From: an uncultured Candidatus Rokubacteria bacterium
GTDB taxonomy: Bacteria > Methylomirabilota > Methylomirabilia > Rokubacteriales > CSP1-6
NCBI GenBank assembly: GCA_963762145.1
Contig: CAVXJS010000008.1
Span: forward strand, 1-64,000
Length of the DNA stretch: 64,000 nt
Reading direction: 5' to 3'
Below, one piece after another: positions 20,836 through 30,342 of the stretch. A model generated the notes under the pieces. The model had not been told where the DNA came from and did no database searches. It saw only the letters and a list, made by a program, of their open reading frames with translations. The position numbers and the translations under genes were made by a program. How positions within the stretch are numbered: the stretch's first letter is position 1; every line of letters starts with the position of its first letter.

Positions 20836-21888
20836 TCAGGTGACCGCGGGCACGCCGGACGAGCCGGACCGTCCGAACCGGCCGTAGCGCGGCCACCAGC
20901 GCGGGAGGAGCGGCTGCATCGCCGCGAGCTGGGTCAGCATCGCGAACCAGCGCGTGGGCGTATGGGCGGCCATCCACTGGGCGAGCTGGAGCACGCGGTA
21001 GGGACGGCGGTAGCGCGCGACGAGCCGCTGGTATGCCTCGAGACCGGCCTCGAGGGACAGGGCCCCGTCGAGCACCCGCTGGACGATGCGGCCGCACTCG
21101 CCGCCGAAGTAGAGCGCGGGGCGGATGCCTTCCGCGGTGAGCGGCAGGCACTGCCCGGCCGCGTCGCCGACCGCGAACACCCGGCCCACCGTGGAGCGGA
21201 GCGGGCGGTTCGGGAAGAAGGTCCCGTGATAGGAGCCGGCCGCCGTGCCGTGATCCTTCAGCAGCCGGTCGAGCGCGGGCTTGAGCTTCGACCGGCCCGC
21301 GTAGGATCCGAGGCCGATCAGGCTGCCGTGGCCGACGGGAAAGATCCAGCCCAGGCCCTGCGGGATCAGGCGGCGATCGAGCAGGAAGGTCAGGCCTTCG
21401 TCCTGCAGCGCGGTGTGGGTCTCGAGCCCGAAGGAGTGCCGCGCGGGCTCGGCGTCGGCGCCGCCGACCAGCGCGCGCCGCCAGCCCGAGCAGTCCACGA
21501 TCACGGGCGCGGTGAACCGTCCCGCGGTGGTGACGACCGTCCCGTCCTCGATGCCGGTCACCGAGGTGCGCAGAAAGCGCGCCCGGCACTGCGCCAGCAG
21601 CCCCTCGCAGAAGGCCCGGTAGTCGAACGTGCAGAATGGGACCGCGGAGAGGTCGTAGCGAACGGTGCGGGTGGGCGTGCGGATCTCGAGCCGGTCGTGC
21701 ACCTGCAGGACGCTGCCGGATACGCCCAGGGCCTCGGGCACCCAGAGCGGGGTGCCGCACGCGGAGGTCTGAACGCTACCGACCTCGTTGCGATCCAGGA
21801 GCAGAACCTCTCCCTTGAGCTGTCGGGCAACGGCGAGGCCGCCGAAGCTGGCCCCGACGACGATGGCATCGTAATCTCGGGCGGGCAT
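20836..21888 (-). CDS. FAD-dependent oxidoreductase, geranylgeranyl-reductase-like
   Basis: DAIVVGASFGG, GWIFP, VGDAAGQCLPLTAEGIRPA. Confidence 0.8.
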   Translation of the reverse strand: MPARDYDAIVVGASFGGLAVARQLKGEVLLLDRNEVGSVQTSACGTPLWVPEALGVSGSVLQVHDRLEIRTPTRTVRYDLSAVPFCTFDYRAFCEGLLAQCRARFLRTSVTGIEDGTVVTTAGRFTAPVIVDCSGWRRALVGGADAEPARHSFGLETHTALQDEGLTFLLDRRLIPQGLGWIFPVGHGSLIGLGSYAGRSKLKPALDRLLKDHGTAAGSYHGTFFPNRPLRSTVGRVFAVGDAAGQCLPLTAEGIRPALYFGGECGRIVQRVLDGALSLEAGLEAYQRLVARYRRPYRVLQLAQWMAAHTPTRWFAMLTQLAAMQPLLPRWWPRYGRFGRSGSSGVPAVT

Positions 21889-21964
21889 TCTCGCTCACAG
21901 CATACCCTAAAACCCCGTCGAGAAAGGCGGTCACGCCTCCGGGGCTGCGGGTCCGGCGCGGGCG

Positions 21965-22819
21965 CTAGGTCCTCTTGAGGAAGGCGCGGAGGGCGTTCTT
22001 CACCTTCGGGTGCTGCCCGAGTAGCACCGTGTAGTGGTTGGTGCCGGGCACCACGACCAGCTTGGCGCGCGAGATGGCGCGGGCCATCGCCTCCGCCTCG
22101 TCCTGTGTCATCAGGCAATCGGTGGGCGTGAGCAGGCCGTCGGGCGCACGGAAGATCAGGGTGGGCGCCTTGATCCGGTGGTGGTGGACCCAGAGTCGCT
22201 CCCGCTCGAGGTTGCCGATCTCCTCCTCGATCGCGTGGCGGGCCGCCTTCCCGCGTACGGTGCCCGCGGGCAGTACCTCGACGTCGTAGCGGAAGTAGCG
22301 CTCGAGGTAGTCGTTCCAGCGCCCCTCGAACATCGGCAACATGCGCACGAAGCCCAGGAACATGTCGAGCGACGGGAACTCGACCCCGAGACGATCGATG
22401 GCGGGCCGCAGCGACTCGAGCACCTCGTACCGCACGTCGATGCCCCCGTCCACCAGCACGAGCTTCGCGACCTGCTCCGGATGCGTGGCCGCGAAGCGGA
22501 CCGCGATGTGGGCGCCCAGGGAGTGGCCGATCAGCACCACCTTCTTGAGGCCAAAGTGATCGAGGAGCCCGAGCAGGTCCTCGTTGTGGTGCGTGAGGCT
22601 GTAGCCGTGCTCGGGCTTGTCGCTCTCCCCGCGTCCCCGGAGATCGTAGGCGATCAACCGGTGGGCGGGCGAGAGCACGTCGGCCACGCTCGCCCAGCAG
22701 GTGTGGTTGGCGGTCAGCCCATGGATGCAGACGACGGCCGGACCCTTGGCGGGCCCGGGCCACTCGCCGACCGCGATCGAGACGCCGTGCTTGAGCGCAA
22801 CGCGCGTGACATCCGTCAT
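21965..22819 (-). CDS. Alpha/beta hydrolase
   Basis: IHGLT, DLRGRGES, GHSLG nucleophile elbow, C-terminal NHY. Confidence 0.9.
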   Translation of the reverse strand: MTDVTRVALKHGVSIAVGEWPGPAKGPAVVCIHGLTANHTCWASVADVLSPAHRLIAYDLRGRGESDKPEHGYSLTHHNEDLLGLLDHFGLKKVVLIGHSLGAHIAVRFAATHPEQVAKLVLVDGGIDVRYEVLESLRPAIDRLGVEFPSLDMFLGFVRMLPMFEGRWNDYLERYFRYDVEVLPAGTVRGKAARHAIEEEIGNLERERLWVHHHRIKAPTLIFRAPDGLLTPTDCLMTQDEAEAMARAISRAKLVVVPGTNHYTVLLGQHPKVKNALRAFLKRT

Positions 22820-22911
22820 CGCGTGCTCCCGCTCATCGCTCGGTCGGCGGTGTGGTCGGCATGCGGCGGGGCTACGCTAGCAAGCGGCCGGGTGAGGGTC
22901 AAGCGTCCGAC

Positions 22912-23284
22912 CTACTCGCCGAGATACCAGCGCCGGCGCGCCCGGGGCCCGCAGGTGAGGCCGAAGCGACGCATCGCCACTCCCGCCACCAGATCCGCCG
23001 CTTCCTCGGGAGAATCGGTCACCTGCAGCCGCTGCTCGTCGCCAGGATCGATCGTGCCCTCCACCAGGAGCGAATCCTCGCCGCGTGACGCAGGGCCCGA
23101 CGAAGTGGAGCGCGCGGAAGCCGCGGAGGAACTCGCAGAAGATCCGGATGGCGCGGGCCAGCTCGAAGGTGCGCGGCTGGGGGCCCTGCAGGAAGCGGAT
23201 CTCTTCGGGGGCCGCAGTCTCCTTGCCCCACCGGGATCGGTCGGAGGCGGGCGGAGCTCCCGAGACCGGCTGCTCCGCGCTCAG
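22912..23284 (-). pseudogene. Internally deleted LOG/TIGR00730-family gene
   Basis: N-terminus ..IFCEFLRGFRALHFVGPCVT joined out of frame near 23083 to C-terminus DSLLVEGTIDPGDEQRLQVTDSPEEA..WYLGE*; central PGGxGT core missing. Confidence 0.65.
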
Positions 23285-23289
23285 GCGCG

Positions 23290-23670
23290 CTACTCGGGGC
23301 CGTGCGCCGACTGCACCGCGACGACGGAGATGCTGTCGGGCGCCGCGTCGTCCCGCGGCCGGTAGCTGCCCGTGTAGCCGAGCGTCAGCGAGAACTGCCC
23401 GGTGCGCGACTCGTCGGCCCCGGCGGCCCCGGATGCGCGGGCCGCCACCCCGGACTCCGCCAGCGCGTTGAGCTGGGCCAGCAGCGGGCCGGGATCCATG
23501 CCGTTCTGGCGCGCGAAATCGCCGACGCTCAGGCCCGGAAAGCGTGCGTAGAGGTCGTTCCGCTGATCCACGTAGAGCCGACGGCCTTGCGTGAACACCG
23601 GCGCGGTGTCGGGATGCTTCGCCAGCACGTCGTTGATCTTCGAGTCGGCGGTGATGTCCACCGCAGTCAC
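23290..23670 (-). CDS. Small protein with DUF1858/ScdA_N-like N-terminal domain
   Basis: ITADSKINDVLAKHPDTAPVF...SVGDFARQNGMDPGPLLAQLN. Confidence 0.6.
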   Translation of the reverse strand: MTAVDITADSKINDVLAKHPDTAPVFTQGRRLYVDQRNDLYARFPGLSVGDFARQNGMDPGPLLAQLNALAESGVAARASGAAGADESRTGQFSLTLGYTGSYRPRDDAAPDSISVVAVQSAHGPE

Positions 23671-24116
23671 CGGCCGCGCACGGTCAGCACCGGGCACGGC
23701 GCGCTGGCGACCAGCCGCGTCGCCACGCTGCCCAGGAAGAACTTTGCGAGCCCGGTACGGCCGTGGGTGCCGATCACGAGCAGGCCGGCCCGCTTGGCCC
23801 GGGCCGCCCGCGCGATGCGCTCGTGCGGCACGCCCTCCAGGAGGAGCCCGGTGGCGCGCGCCCCCGCCTTCTTCGCCCGCGCCACGATCGCGCCGAGGCG
23901 CTTCTGCGCCTGGGTGCGCGCCGACGCCTCGATGTCCTCGTAGAGGCTCGGCGAGATGTAGCCCTCGCCCGGCAGCGCCAGCGAGGGGGGCGTCATGACG
24001 TGCGCGATGATGAGCTGGGCCCGATCGGCCTTGGCCATCTCGACTGCGTGCTTGAGGGCCACGGTGGACGCGCGCGAGAAGTCCGTGGCATGCAGGATCC
24101 GTCGCCAGCGTGGCAT
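23667..24116 (-). CDS. Universal stress protein
   Basis: ILHATDFS, LLVIGTHGRTGLAKFFLGSVA, PCPVLTV. Confidence 0.93.
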   Translation of the reverse strand: MPRWRRILHATDFSRASTVALKHAVEMAKADRAQLIIAHVMTPPSLALPGEGYISPSLYEDIEASARTQAQKRLGAIVARAKKAGARATGLLLEGVPHERIARAARAKRAGLLVIGTHGRTGLAKFFLGSVATRLVASAPCPVLTVRGR

Positions 24117-24137
24117 GCCGGTATCTTACAATGCGCC

Positions 24138-24641
24138 ATGCCCACCGTCGAGGCGCTGCGCCGAATCCTCGGCCTGGTCCCGCACCCGGTGGAGGGCGGC
24201 TACTTCGCCGAGACCTACCGGAGCGCCGACCACATCCCCGCGAGCGCCCTGCCCTCGCGCTACGGCGCCCCTCGCGCGGCCAGCACCGCGATCTACTACC
24301 TGCTCACCCCCGATACCTTCTCCGCCATGCATCGCCTCGCCTCCGACGAGATCTTTCACTTCTACCTGGGCGATCCGGTCGAGATGCTGCACCTCCATCC
24401 CGGCGGCACTCATCGGATCATGGTGATGGGCCCCGACCTCGAGGCCGGCCAGCGACCCCAGGTGCTCGTCCCCCGTGACACGTGGCAAGGCGCCCGCCTC
24501 ATCCCCGGCGGCCGGTACGCCCTCCTCGGCACCACCGTCGCCCCCGGCTTCGACTACACCGACTACGAGACCGCCTCCCGCGCCACCCTCCTCGCCACTC
24601 ACCCCACCGCCAAACCCCTAATCCTCGCCCTCACCCGCTAA
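24138..24641 (+). CDS. Cupin, DUF985/Cupin_5 family
   Basis: LGLVPHPVEGGYFAETYRS, STAIYYLL, HRLASDEIFHFYLG, VAPGFDY. Confidence 0.9.
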   Translation: MPTVEALRRILGLVPHPVEGGYFAETYRSADHIPASALPSRYGAPRAASTAIYYLLTPDTFSAMHRLASDEIFHFYLGDPVEMLHLHPGGTHRIMVMGPDLEAGQRPQVLVPRDTWQGARLIPGGRYALLGTTVAPGFDYTDYETASRATLLATHPTAKPLILALTR

Positions 24642-24737
24642 CAACCAGACAAAGCAAGGAGACCGGCGGACATAAGGGAAGGACGAAGGAGACTGTGCCG
24701 GGGCGTGAACCAGTCAGCGCGAGTCGCCAAGCGATTC

Positions 24738-24902
24738 CGCCGGGCGGGCGGGGCTCGCGGGGGGCGGGGGTGGTCGGGTGCCCCGTTCCCCACCAAGGGA
24801 AAGCCCGGAACCTCCCCGTCCCGGATTGGGAACTCCCCGAGCAGGAAAACGAAACAGCCGGTCGTGGGCAGAGACCCACCCCCACCCCCCGCCCGCCCGG
24901 CG
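24738..24902. repeat. Intergenic segment bounded by a 16-bp inverted repeat
   Basis: cgccgggcgggcgggg (24738-24753) and ccccgcccgcccggcg (24887-24902) between convergent genes. Confidence 0.6.
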
Positions 24903-24918
24903 TCACCCGCCCGTACAG

Positions 24919-26016
24919 TTAGAAATGGAAGTGGGCGCCGATACCGAGGTACTCGACGCGCCGCTTGTAGAACTGCCCATCCGGCGAGTTCCCATTGAAG
25001 TACTCGAGGAGCACCTGCAAGTTCCGCTCGAGCACCCGCACGTTCTCGAACTGGAGGCCCCCGCGCACCGAGACGTCGACGTTCCAGTTGTTCTCCTCGC
25101 GGCTCTGCAGGTCCACCGCCATCACCGGTCGGACGTAGCCGCGCGCGAACGTCCGCGGGCTGCGGAACTCCACCCCACCCTGCACGCTCCACGGCTTGAG
25201 GTTCTCCGGCTCCTGGTCGAACAGGAACCCGCCCCCGCCGTAGACCCGGAATCCCCACGGCAGATCATAGGAGAGCTTCAGATCCACGGCCTCGTAGGAG
25301 AGGTTGATGCGCTCGAGCCGCGTGCGGAGCAGCAGCTCGTCTCCCAGATGCGAGCTCTGGTGGTACAGGCGGCCGAGCGCGGCGAACTCGCCGCGCCGCC
25401 AGGTGCCGAACAGCGCGCCGAAATAGTCGGCGTTGAGCAGGTCCTTCGACGCCGCGTCCATGTCGAAGAGCGCGAATACCCCGGCCTGGATGCCCACCTC
25501 CCACTGGCTGTCCGCAAACGCATTGCCCCGGAAGAGCGGGATCGTCTCGCCGAAGGACACCGCGCCCACGTTCCCCAGGTCCGCGTTGTTCAGGTAGTAC
25601 CGATAGGCGGCCGAGAAATGCGGCCAGCGCGGATCGGCCAGCAGCGGCTGGAACAGGTGCCCGGTCGGCAGGAACCCGGTGGGCAGAGCCGACACCGCGG
25701 CCGGGGCCACCTCGGGCACGACCGCGGGCGGCCGGGCCGCGGGGTCGCGCACCACGACCCGGACCACGCCCGGCAGGTTCGACAGCGTCTTCACCACCGC
25801 GTCGCGATCGGCGCCCCCGAGCTCGGCGGCGTCGAGCGTGAGCACGCCCTTGTCGACCGTCACCGCACGGGAGGGCACCTTGAACTCGCGCTCGAGCACC
25901 GCGCCCGCATAGCCCGCCAGGTACGGATCCTCCGGCGTGGGCGCCGCGCCGGCCACCGCCGGCGCTCCCCACAGCATGAACCACACAGTCAGTGGGAGCA
26001 GTCGAAAGCTCGTCAT
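24919..26016 (-). CDS. DUF1207-like putative outer-membrane beta-barrel protein
   Basis: Signal peptide, LFQPLLADPRWPHFS, LLNADY, RLYHQSSHLGDE, C-terminal Phe (GAHFHF). Confidence 0.75.
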   Translation of the reverse strand: MTSFRLLPLTVWFMLWGAPAVAGAAPTPEDPYLAGYAGAVLEREFKVPSRAVTVDKGVLTLDAAELGGADRDAVVKTLSNLPGVVRVVVRDPAARPPAVVPEVAPAAVSALPTGFLPTGHLFQPLLADPRWPHFSAAYRYYLNNADLGNVGAVSFGETIPLFRGNAFADSQWEVGIQAGVFALFDMDAASKDLLNADYFGALFGTWRRGEFAALGRLYHQSSHLGDELLLRTRLERINLSYEAVDLKLSYDLPWGFRVYGGGGFLFDQEPENLKPWSVQGGVEFRSPRTFARGYVRPVMAVDLQSREENNWNVDVSVRGGLQFENVRVLERNLQVLLEYFNGNSPDGQFYKRRVEYLGIGAHFHF

Positions 26017-26023
26017 GGATCCT

Positions 26024-26413
26024 CTAGCCTCCCCCGGCGCCGTACGCCCGCCATGTGAATGACGCGATCGTGACCCGATAACTCGCCGCCTTCGCGGGAG
26101 CCTTGATCTCGAAGTAGGAGCGACTCGATGGCGGCACGTCGCCGAGCACGTACCCGGTGGTCGAGCCCGCCACCTGGCCCGTGCCGTCGAGCGCTTCCAC
26201 CAGGAGCCGGACGCTCACCGCGTAGGTGCCCGCCCGCTGGTTGTAGACGTACCCGCTCACCACCGGACGGCCGCGACGGTCCTCCGAGCCGGTGCCCTCC
26301 ACGCGCAGATCGCCGTCCACCGACCGCGGGTTTACCTGCGCGATCGCGGGGGCCGCGCAGATCAGCAGCGCGGCCAGGACCGCGGTGCTCGTGCCTCGCG
26401 CGGGTCGTCGCAT
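26024..26413 (-). CDS. Secreted FxLYD-like Ig-fold protein
   Basis: Signal peptide; VSGYVYN...VRLLVEALD..GQV...GDVPP..RSYFEI. Confidence 0.6.
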   Translation of the reverse strand: MRRPARGTSTAVLAALLICAAPAIAQVNPRSVDGDLRVEGTGSEDRRGRPVVSGYVYNQRAGTYAVSVRLLVEALDGTGQVAGSTTGYVLGDVPPSSRSYFEIKAPAKAASYRVTIASFTWRAYGAGGG

Positions 26414-26505
26414 CGTCCCGTCATTGTCCCCCAGGCGCGAGCGCGCCACACGCGAATTCACGACCGGGAGGCGCTTGCCGGGAGGCGTTTGCTATGATGC
26501 CGGTC

Positions 26506-26724
26506 ATGACGCGTGAGTCGGTCCGCGCCCGCCGGGTCTTCCAGGCCCTGATCCTCGTCGTCGCGATGGCGGTGGCGTTCCTGGGCGGGATGCTCGCGGA
26601 GCGGCTGCAATTCCACGCCGAACGGGATGCGATGCTGCAGCGGTACGATCAGGCGCTCCGCGAGCACCGCGCCCGCGTGATGGACGCGGAGAAGCGGGGG
26701 GAAGAAATTACCCGGAAGCCCTAG
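26506..26724 (+). CDS. Small single-TM hypothetical protein
   Basis: MTRES..VFQALILVVAMAVAFLGGMLAERL followed by a charged helix. Confidence 0.55.
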   Translation: MTRESVRARRVFQALILVVAMAVAFLGGMLAERLQFHAERDAMLQRYDQALREHRARVMDAEKRGEEITRKP

Positions 26725-27098
26725 CCCGCCACCAGCCGGGCCGCCCCGATGCCCAGCAAGCAGGCCGCGAAGCACAGCGCGGTGGTGAGCCCGACGTAGA
26801 GCATCGCCGCGCTCCACGAGCCGGCCGCCGCCAGCCGCAGCGATTCGTGCGCGAACGCCGAGTAGGTGGTGAAGCCGCCCAGCACACCGACCGCCAGCAC
26901 CACGCGCACGTTCTCGGGCACCACCGCCGCGCCGACCGCCAGCTCCTGGACGAGGCCGATGAGGAACGATCCGATCACGTTGACGAGCAGGGTGCCGTAG
27001 GGGAATTCGCCGCCGAGCCAGCGGACGGCCAGGCCACCCAGGAGATAACGGGCCCCCGTCCCCACCGCGCCGCCCAGGCAGACGAGGGCGAAGTGCAC
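26721..27098 (-). CDS. crcB: Fluoride efflux channel CrcB/Fluc
   Basis: GGAVGTGARY, FPYGTLLVNVIGSF, GVLGGFTTYSAF. Confidence 0.93.
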   Translation of the reverse strand: MHFALVCLGGAVGTGARYLLGGLAVRWLGGEFPYGTLLVNVIGSFLIGLVQELAVGAAVVPENVRVVLAVGVLGGFTTYSAFAHESLRLAAAGSWSAAMLYVGLTTALCFAACLLGIGAARLVAG

Positions 27099-27105
27099 GG
27101 CGCGA

Positions 27106-28518
27106 TCAGTCGATGGGCGGCCGGCGATCCGCCCAGGGCTGCGCGGCCTCGAAGGCGGCGGACGCGGCCAGGACGGTGTGATCGGCGTGGCGGCGCCCGA
27201 CGATCTGCAGCCCCACCGGCAGCCCCGCGCTCGTGAAGCCGACCGGGACGGTGGCCGCGGGCTGGCCGGTGAGGTTGAACGGGAAGCAGAAGGGCGTCCA
27301 GCCGAGCGGCGAGGAGGGCTCGCCGTTGACCTCGTTGAGCCCGGGCTTGCCGACCTCGAAGGCGGGCACCGCAACGGTGGGCGTGATCAGGAGGTCGAAG
27401 CGCGCCAGGAACCGCTGCACCTCCGTCCAGAACTCCCCGCGGCGTCGCACCGCACGGAGATACTGCGCGGCGGTGACCTCGGAGCCGAAGCGCAGCAGGG
27501 CGCGGAGCGAGCGGTCCATCTGCGCGCCGTCGGCTTCGACCCGGTCGCCCCACGCGCTCCATATCTCGGCGCCGACCGTGGTGCGGAAGGTCTCCTCCGG
27601 ATCATCCCAGTAGGGCGACACCACTTCCACGTGCCCGCCGAAGCTCTCGAAGCGCTCGGCCGCCGCCGCGCACAGGTCGGCCACCTCCGGGTCCACGCGC
27701 GCGTAGCCCAGATCGGGCGACCAGGCGACGCTGAGTCCCGCGATGCCGCCCTCGCAGGCGGCCAGGAACGAGGGCGCGCCGCCGGGCAGCGAATGCCGAT
27801 CGCGGTCGTCCGGCCCCGCGATCGCATCCAGCATCAGGGCCGCATCGCGCACGGTCCGGGTCATCGGCCCGGTGTGCGAGAGCGTCTCCCAGCCCGGGAA
27901 CCCGGGATTCTGCGGCACGCGGCCGAAGGACGGCTTGAGCCCGTAGATCCCGCAGAACGACGCGGGAATCCGGATGGAGCCGCCGGCGTCGGTGCCGACC
28001 GCGAGGGGCCCGAGCCCGGCGGCCACCGCCGCGCCCGCGCCGCCGCTCGAGCCGCCCGGCGTGAGCGCCGGGTTCCAGGGATTGCGCGTGATCCCGAAGA
28101 GCGGGCTCTCGGTCACCGCCTTGTGGCCGAACTCCGGCGTCGTGGTCTTGCCGATGAGGATGGCGCCCACGCCCTTCAGGCGCTCCACGCTGACCGCGTC
28201 CTCCTCGGGCACGTGATCGGTGAACAGCCGCGAGCCCCCGGTGGTCGGCACTCGCCGCATGAAGAGCAGGTCCTTGATCGACACCGGCACGCCGTGCAGC
28301 GGGCCGAGCTCCTCGCCGGTCATCACCGCGACCTCGGCCGACAGCGCGGCGTCGCGCGCTTCCTCCGCGGTCACCGCCGCGAAGCAGTTGAGCGTCGGAT
28401 TGAGGCGCTCGACGCGGGCCAGCACCGCGTCCACCACCTCGACCGGCGAGACCTTCTTGGACCGGATCAGCGCGGCCAGCTCGGTGGCCGGGATCCAGAC
28501 GAGGTCGGGCGTGGCCAT
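27106..28518 (-). CDS. Amidase-signature family enzyme
   Basis: GVPVSIKD, GKTTTPEFG, PGGSSGG, GTDAGGSIRIPAS, GLPVGLQIVG. Confidence 0.93.
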   Translation of the reverse strand: MATPDLVWIPATELAALIRSKKVSPVEVVDAVLARVERLNPTLNCFAAVTAEEARDAALSAEVAVMTGEELGPLHGVPVSIKDLLFMRRVPTTGGSRLFTDHVPEEDAVSVERLKGVGAILIGKTTTPEFGHKAVTESPLFGITRNPWNPALTPGGSSGGAGAAVAAGLGPLAVGTDAGGSIRIPASFCGIYGLKPSFGRVPQNPGFPGWETLSHTGPMTRTVRDAALMLDAIAGPDDRDRHSLPGGAPSFLAACEGGIAGLSVAWSPDLGYARVDPEVADLCAAAAERFESFGGHVEVVSPYWDDPEETFRTTVGAEIWSAWGDRVEADGAQMDRSLRALLRFGSEVTAAQYLRAVRRRGEFWTEVQRFLARFDLLITPTVAVPAFEVGKPGLNEVNGEPSSPLGWTPFCFPFNLTGQPAATVPVGFTSAGLPVGLQIVGRRHADHTVLAASAAFEAAQPWADRRPPID

Positions 28519-28931
28519 CAGGAGCCCGGGTTCACGCGGGCGAGGGTGTAGTCCACGTGGGTCGCGCCCGTGCCCTCGATGACGGTCAGCCGGCAGAGAT
28601 CGTCCCCCTTGAAGAACTCGACCCAGACCCCGGGGAACTTCTCCGCGTTGACGAAGCGGTCGCTGCGCGCCTCCTGCCAGCCCGCGTTGGCGAGCAGGCG
28701 GCGCGCGGTGGCCAGCGTCGTCTCCACGCTGTTCGGCGTGAAGTAGATGAGGCGGGCCGCGGTGACCTTCTGGGTCCGGATGATCGCCCAGTCGTCGGAG
28801 TAGGGCGTCCACTCGGCGGGCACCGGCACGTCCGGAAACGGCTGGAGCTGGATGGGCACCGCGATCGGCGAGCACGCGCCGAGCGACAGCGCGAGCCCCA
28901 TCACCGTCGGCAAGAGCTTCACGCGCCGCAT
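28518..28931 (-). CDS. Hypothetical lipoprotein
   Basis: MRRVKLLPTVMGLALSLGA-C lipobox; stop overlaps the amidase start. Confidence 0.65.
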   Translation of the reverse strand: MRRVKLLPTVMGLALSLGACSPIAVPIQLQPFPDVPVPAEWTPYSDDWAIIRTQKVTAARLIYFTPNSVETTLATARRLLANAGWQEARSDRFVNAEKFPGVWVEFFKGDDLCRLTVIEGTGATHVDYTLARVNPGS

Positions 28932-28973
28932 TGTATCCGTCCGTCCGCGGTCCGGCAACCGCGGCCCGCGGCG

Positions 28974-30338
28974 GTGATAGAGTATCGAGCCATATTGGAC
29001 CGCGCCGTGCTGCCCCGCCTGCGCGCCTCGCTCGCGCGCCCCGACGTCGTCGCCCTCGACCCCGACGGCGTGGCGCAGCTCGCGGCCGCGCTCGACGACG
29101 CGGATCCGCCGGTAGCGGCGGGACGCGCGGGCTCGCTCGTCGCCTACGCGCCGGGTCGCGCGCGGCGCCGGCTGCTCCAGTTCGACCGCCGCGGGCATCT
29201 CGTCGCCGCGTGTCGCTGGCGCGAGGACGGCGGCCTCGCGTGGGCCAAGTGCCTGCTGCCCGACGGGCGCTGGCTCGGGATCGAGCCGCGCGCGGACACG
29301 CATCCCGCGTGGGGCGCCTCGGATCGCGTCTGGCTGATGGAGCCCGACGCGCCGTGGGCTCCCCGCGAGGCGCTGACCCTCTTCCAGTCGCTCGACTACG
29401 CGCGGCCCGACTTCATCCCTCCGCTCTTCGAGCCGCGACGGCTCCCGCCCGGCGGCGGCACCACCCTGCTCAACCTGATCGCGGGGCTCATGAAGGACCA
29501 CGGGGTCGCCACCGTGCGCTACCGCGGGCCCTACCCGACCGAGCAGCTCTTCACCGCCCTGCTCGAGTGCTTTCGCTACGCGGCGGGCGAGGGGCTGCCG
29601 CTCGAGCGCTTCCTCGCCGACGGGGCCCTCGACTGGCATCCCGCGCCGTTCGAGGCGCAGCACGTGCGGCCCGGCGTCGTCGTGCAGCTCCGCCACGAGA
29701 TCGAGAAGGTCACGCTCAACGGCGAAGCCTTCTACCGCAGAGACTGGCAGGACGTCCGGCGGCGCGAGCCGCGCGTGGTCCGGAGCGACGGCGACCGCGT
29801 GATCTGCTCGCTCTGGGCCCTGGGCGGACCGCTGGAGGACCGCCTGGTGCTGGACCGCACCGGCGAGATCCTCGAATCGCCCGCGCCGGCGCCGGACGCG
29901 TCGGCGCCCGCGCCGTTGCCCCCGATCTGGCGCGGCGCGCTCGCCGAGCTGATCTCGCGCGAGAGCGCGCCCGCGCTGGCCCCCGCCATCGCGGCGGTGA
30001 CGGACGATCTGGGGCTCGAGTGGGGCCCGGTGCCCGGCGACCTCCTCCACGTGCACGGCCAGCGCGTGCGTCTGAGCCGGCGGCTCCGCGAGGCCGGCGC
30101 GGCGGCGCGGGCCGGCGCCGCCTCCCCGCAGGAGCGCGCCGAGCAGGCGCTCCGCTTCGTGCTCGAGATCGCGCGCCTGCTCGGCCCCGAGGTGCGCCAG
30201 CGCGCCCAGGCGCGCCTCGAAGCGCTCAGCGAGGAGGAGCAGCGCCGGGTGCTCGAGGCGGCGCCCGACGAGCTGCCGGAGGCGCTCGGCGAGGCGGTGG
30301 GGCGGCTGATCGCGCTGGTGATTCGCGGCGGGGGCTAG
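28974..30338 (+). CDS. Hypothetical protein (about 454 aa) with a possible GNAT-like segment
   Basis: Long GC3-rich ORF; RRLPPGGGTTLLNLIAGLMKDHGVATVRY. Confidence 0.7.
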   Translation: MIEYRAILDRAVLPRLRASLARPDVVALDPDGVAQLAAALDDADPPVAAGRAGSLVAYAPGRARRRLLQFDRRGHLVAACRWREDGGLAWAKCLLPDGRWLGIEPRADTHPAWGASDRVWLMEPDAPWAPREALTLFQSLDYARPDFIPPLFEPRRLPPGGGTTLLNLIAGLMKDHGVATVRYRGPYPTEQLFTALLECFRYAAGEGLPLERFLADGALDWHPAPFEAQHVRPGVVVQLRHEIEKVTLNGEAFYRRDWQDVRRREPRVVRSDGDRVICSLWALGGPLEDRLVLDRTGEILESPAPAPDASAPAPLPPIWRGALAELISRESAPALAPAIAAVTDDLGLEWGPVPGDLLHVHGQRVRLSRRLREAGAAARAGAASPQERAEQALRFVLEIARLLGPEVRQRAQARLEALSEEEQRRVLEAAPDELPEALGEAVGRLIALVIRGGG

Positions 30339-30342
30339 CGCG

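Noticed and set aside
24770-24850. Cobalamin-riboswitch-like words (GGTGC, AAGGGAA)
   Set aside because: Lies between convergent 3' ends, and the remaining conserved elements are missing
27106-28875. gatA call and 589-aa amidase
   Set aside because: No gatB/gatC nearby; the N-terminal extension is an off-frame overlap with the lipoprotein gene
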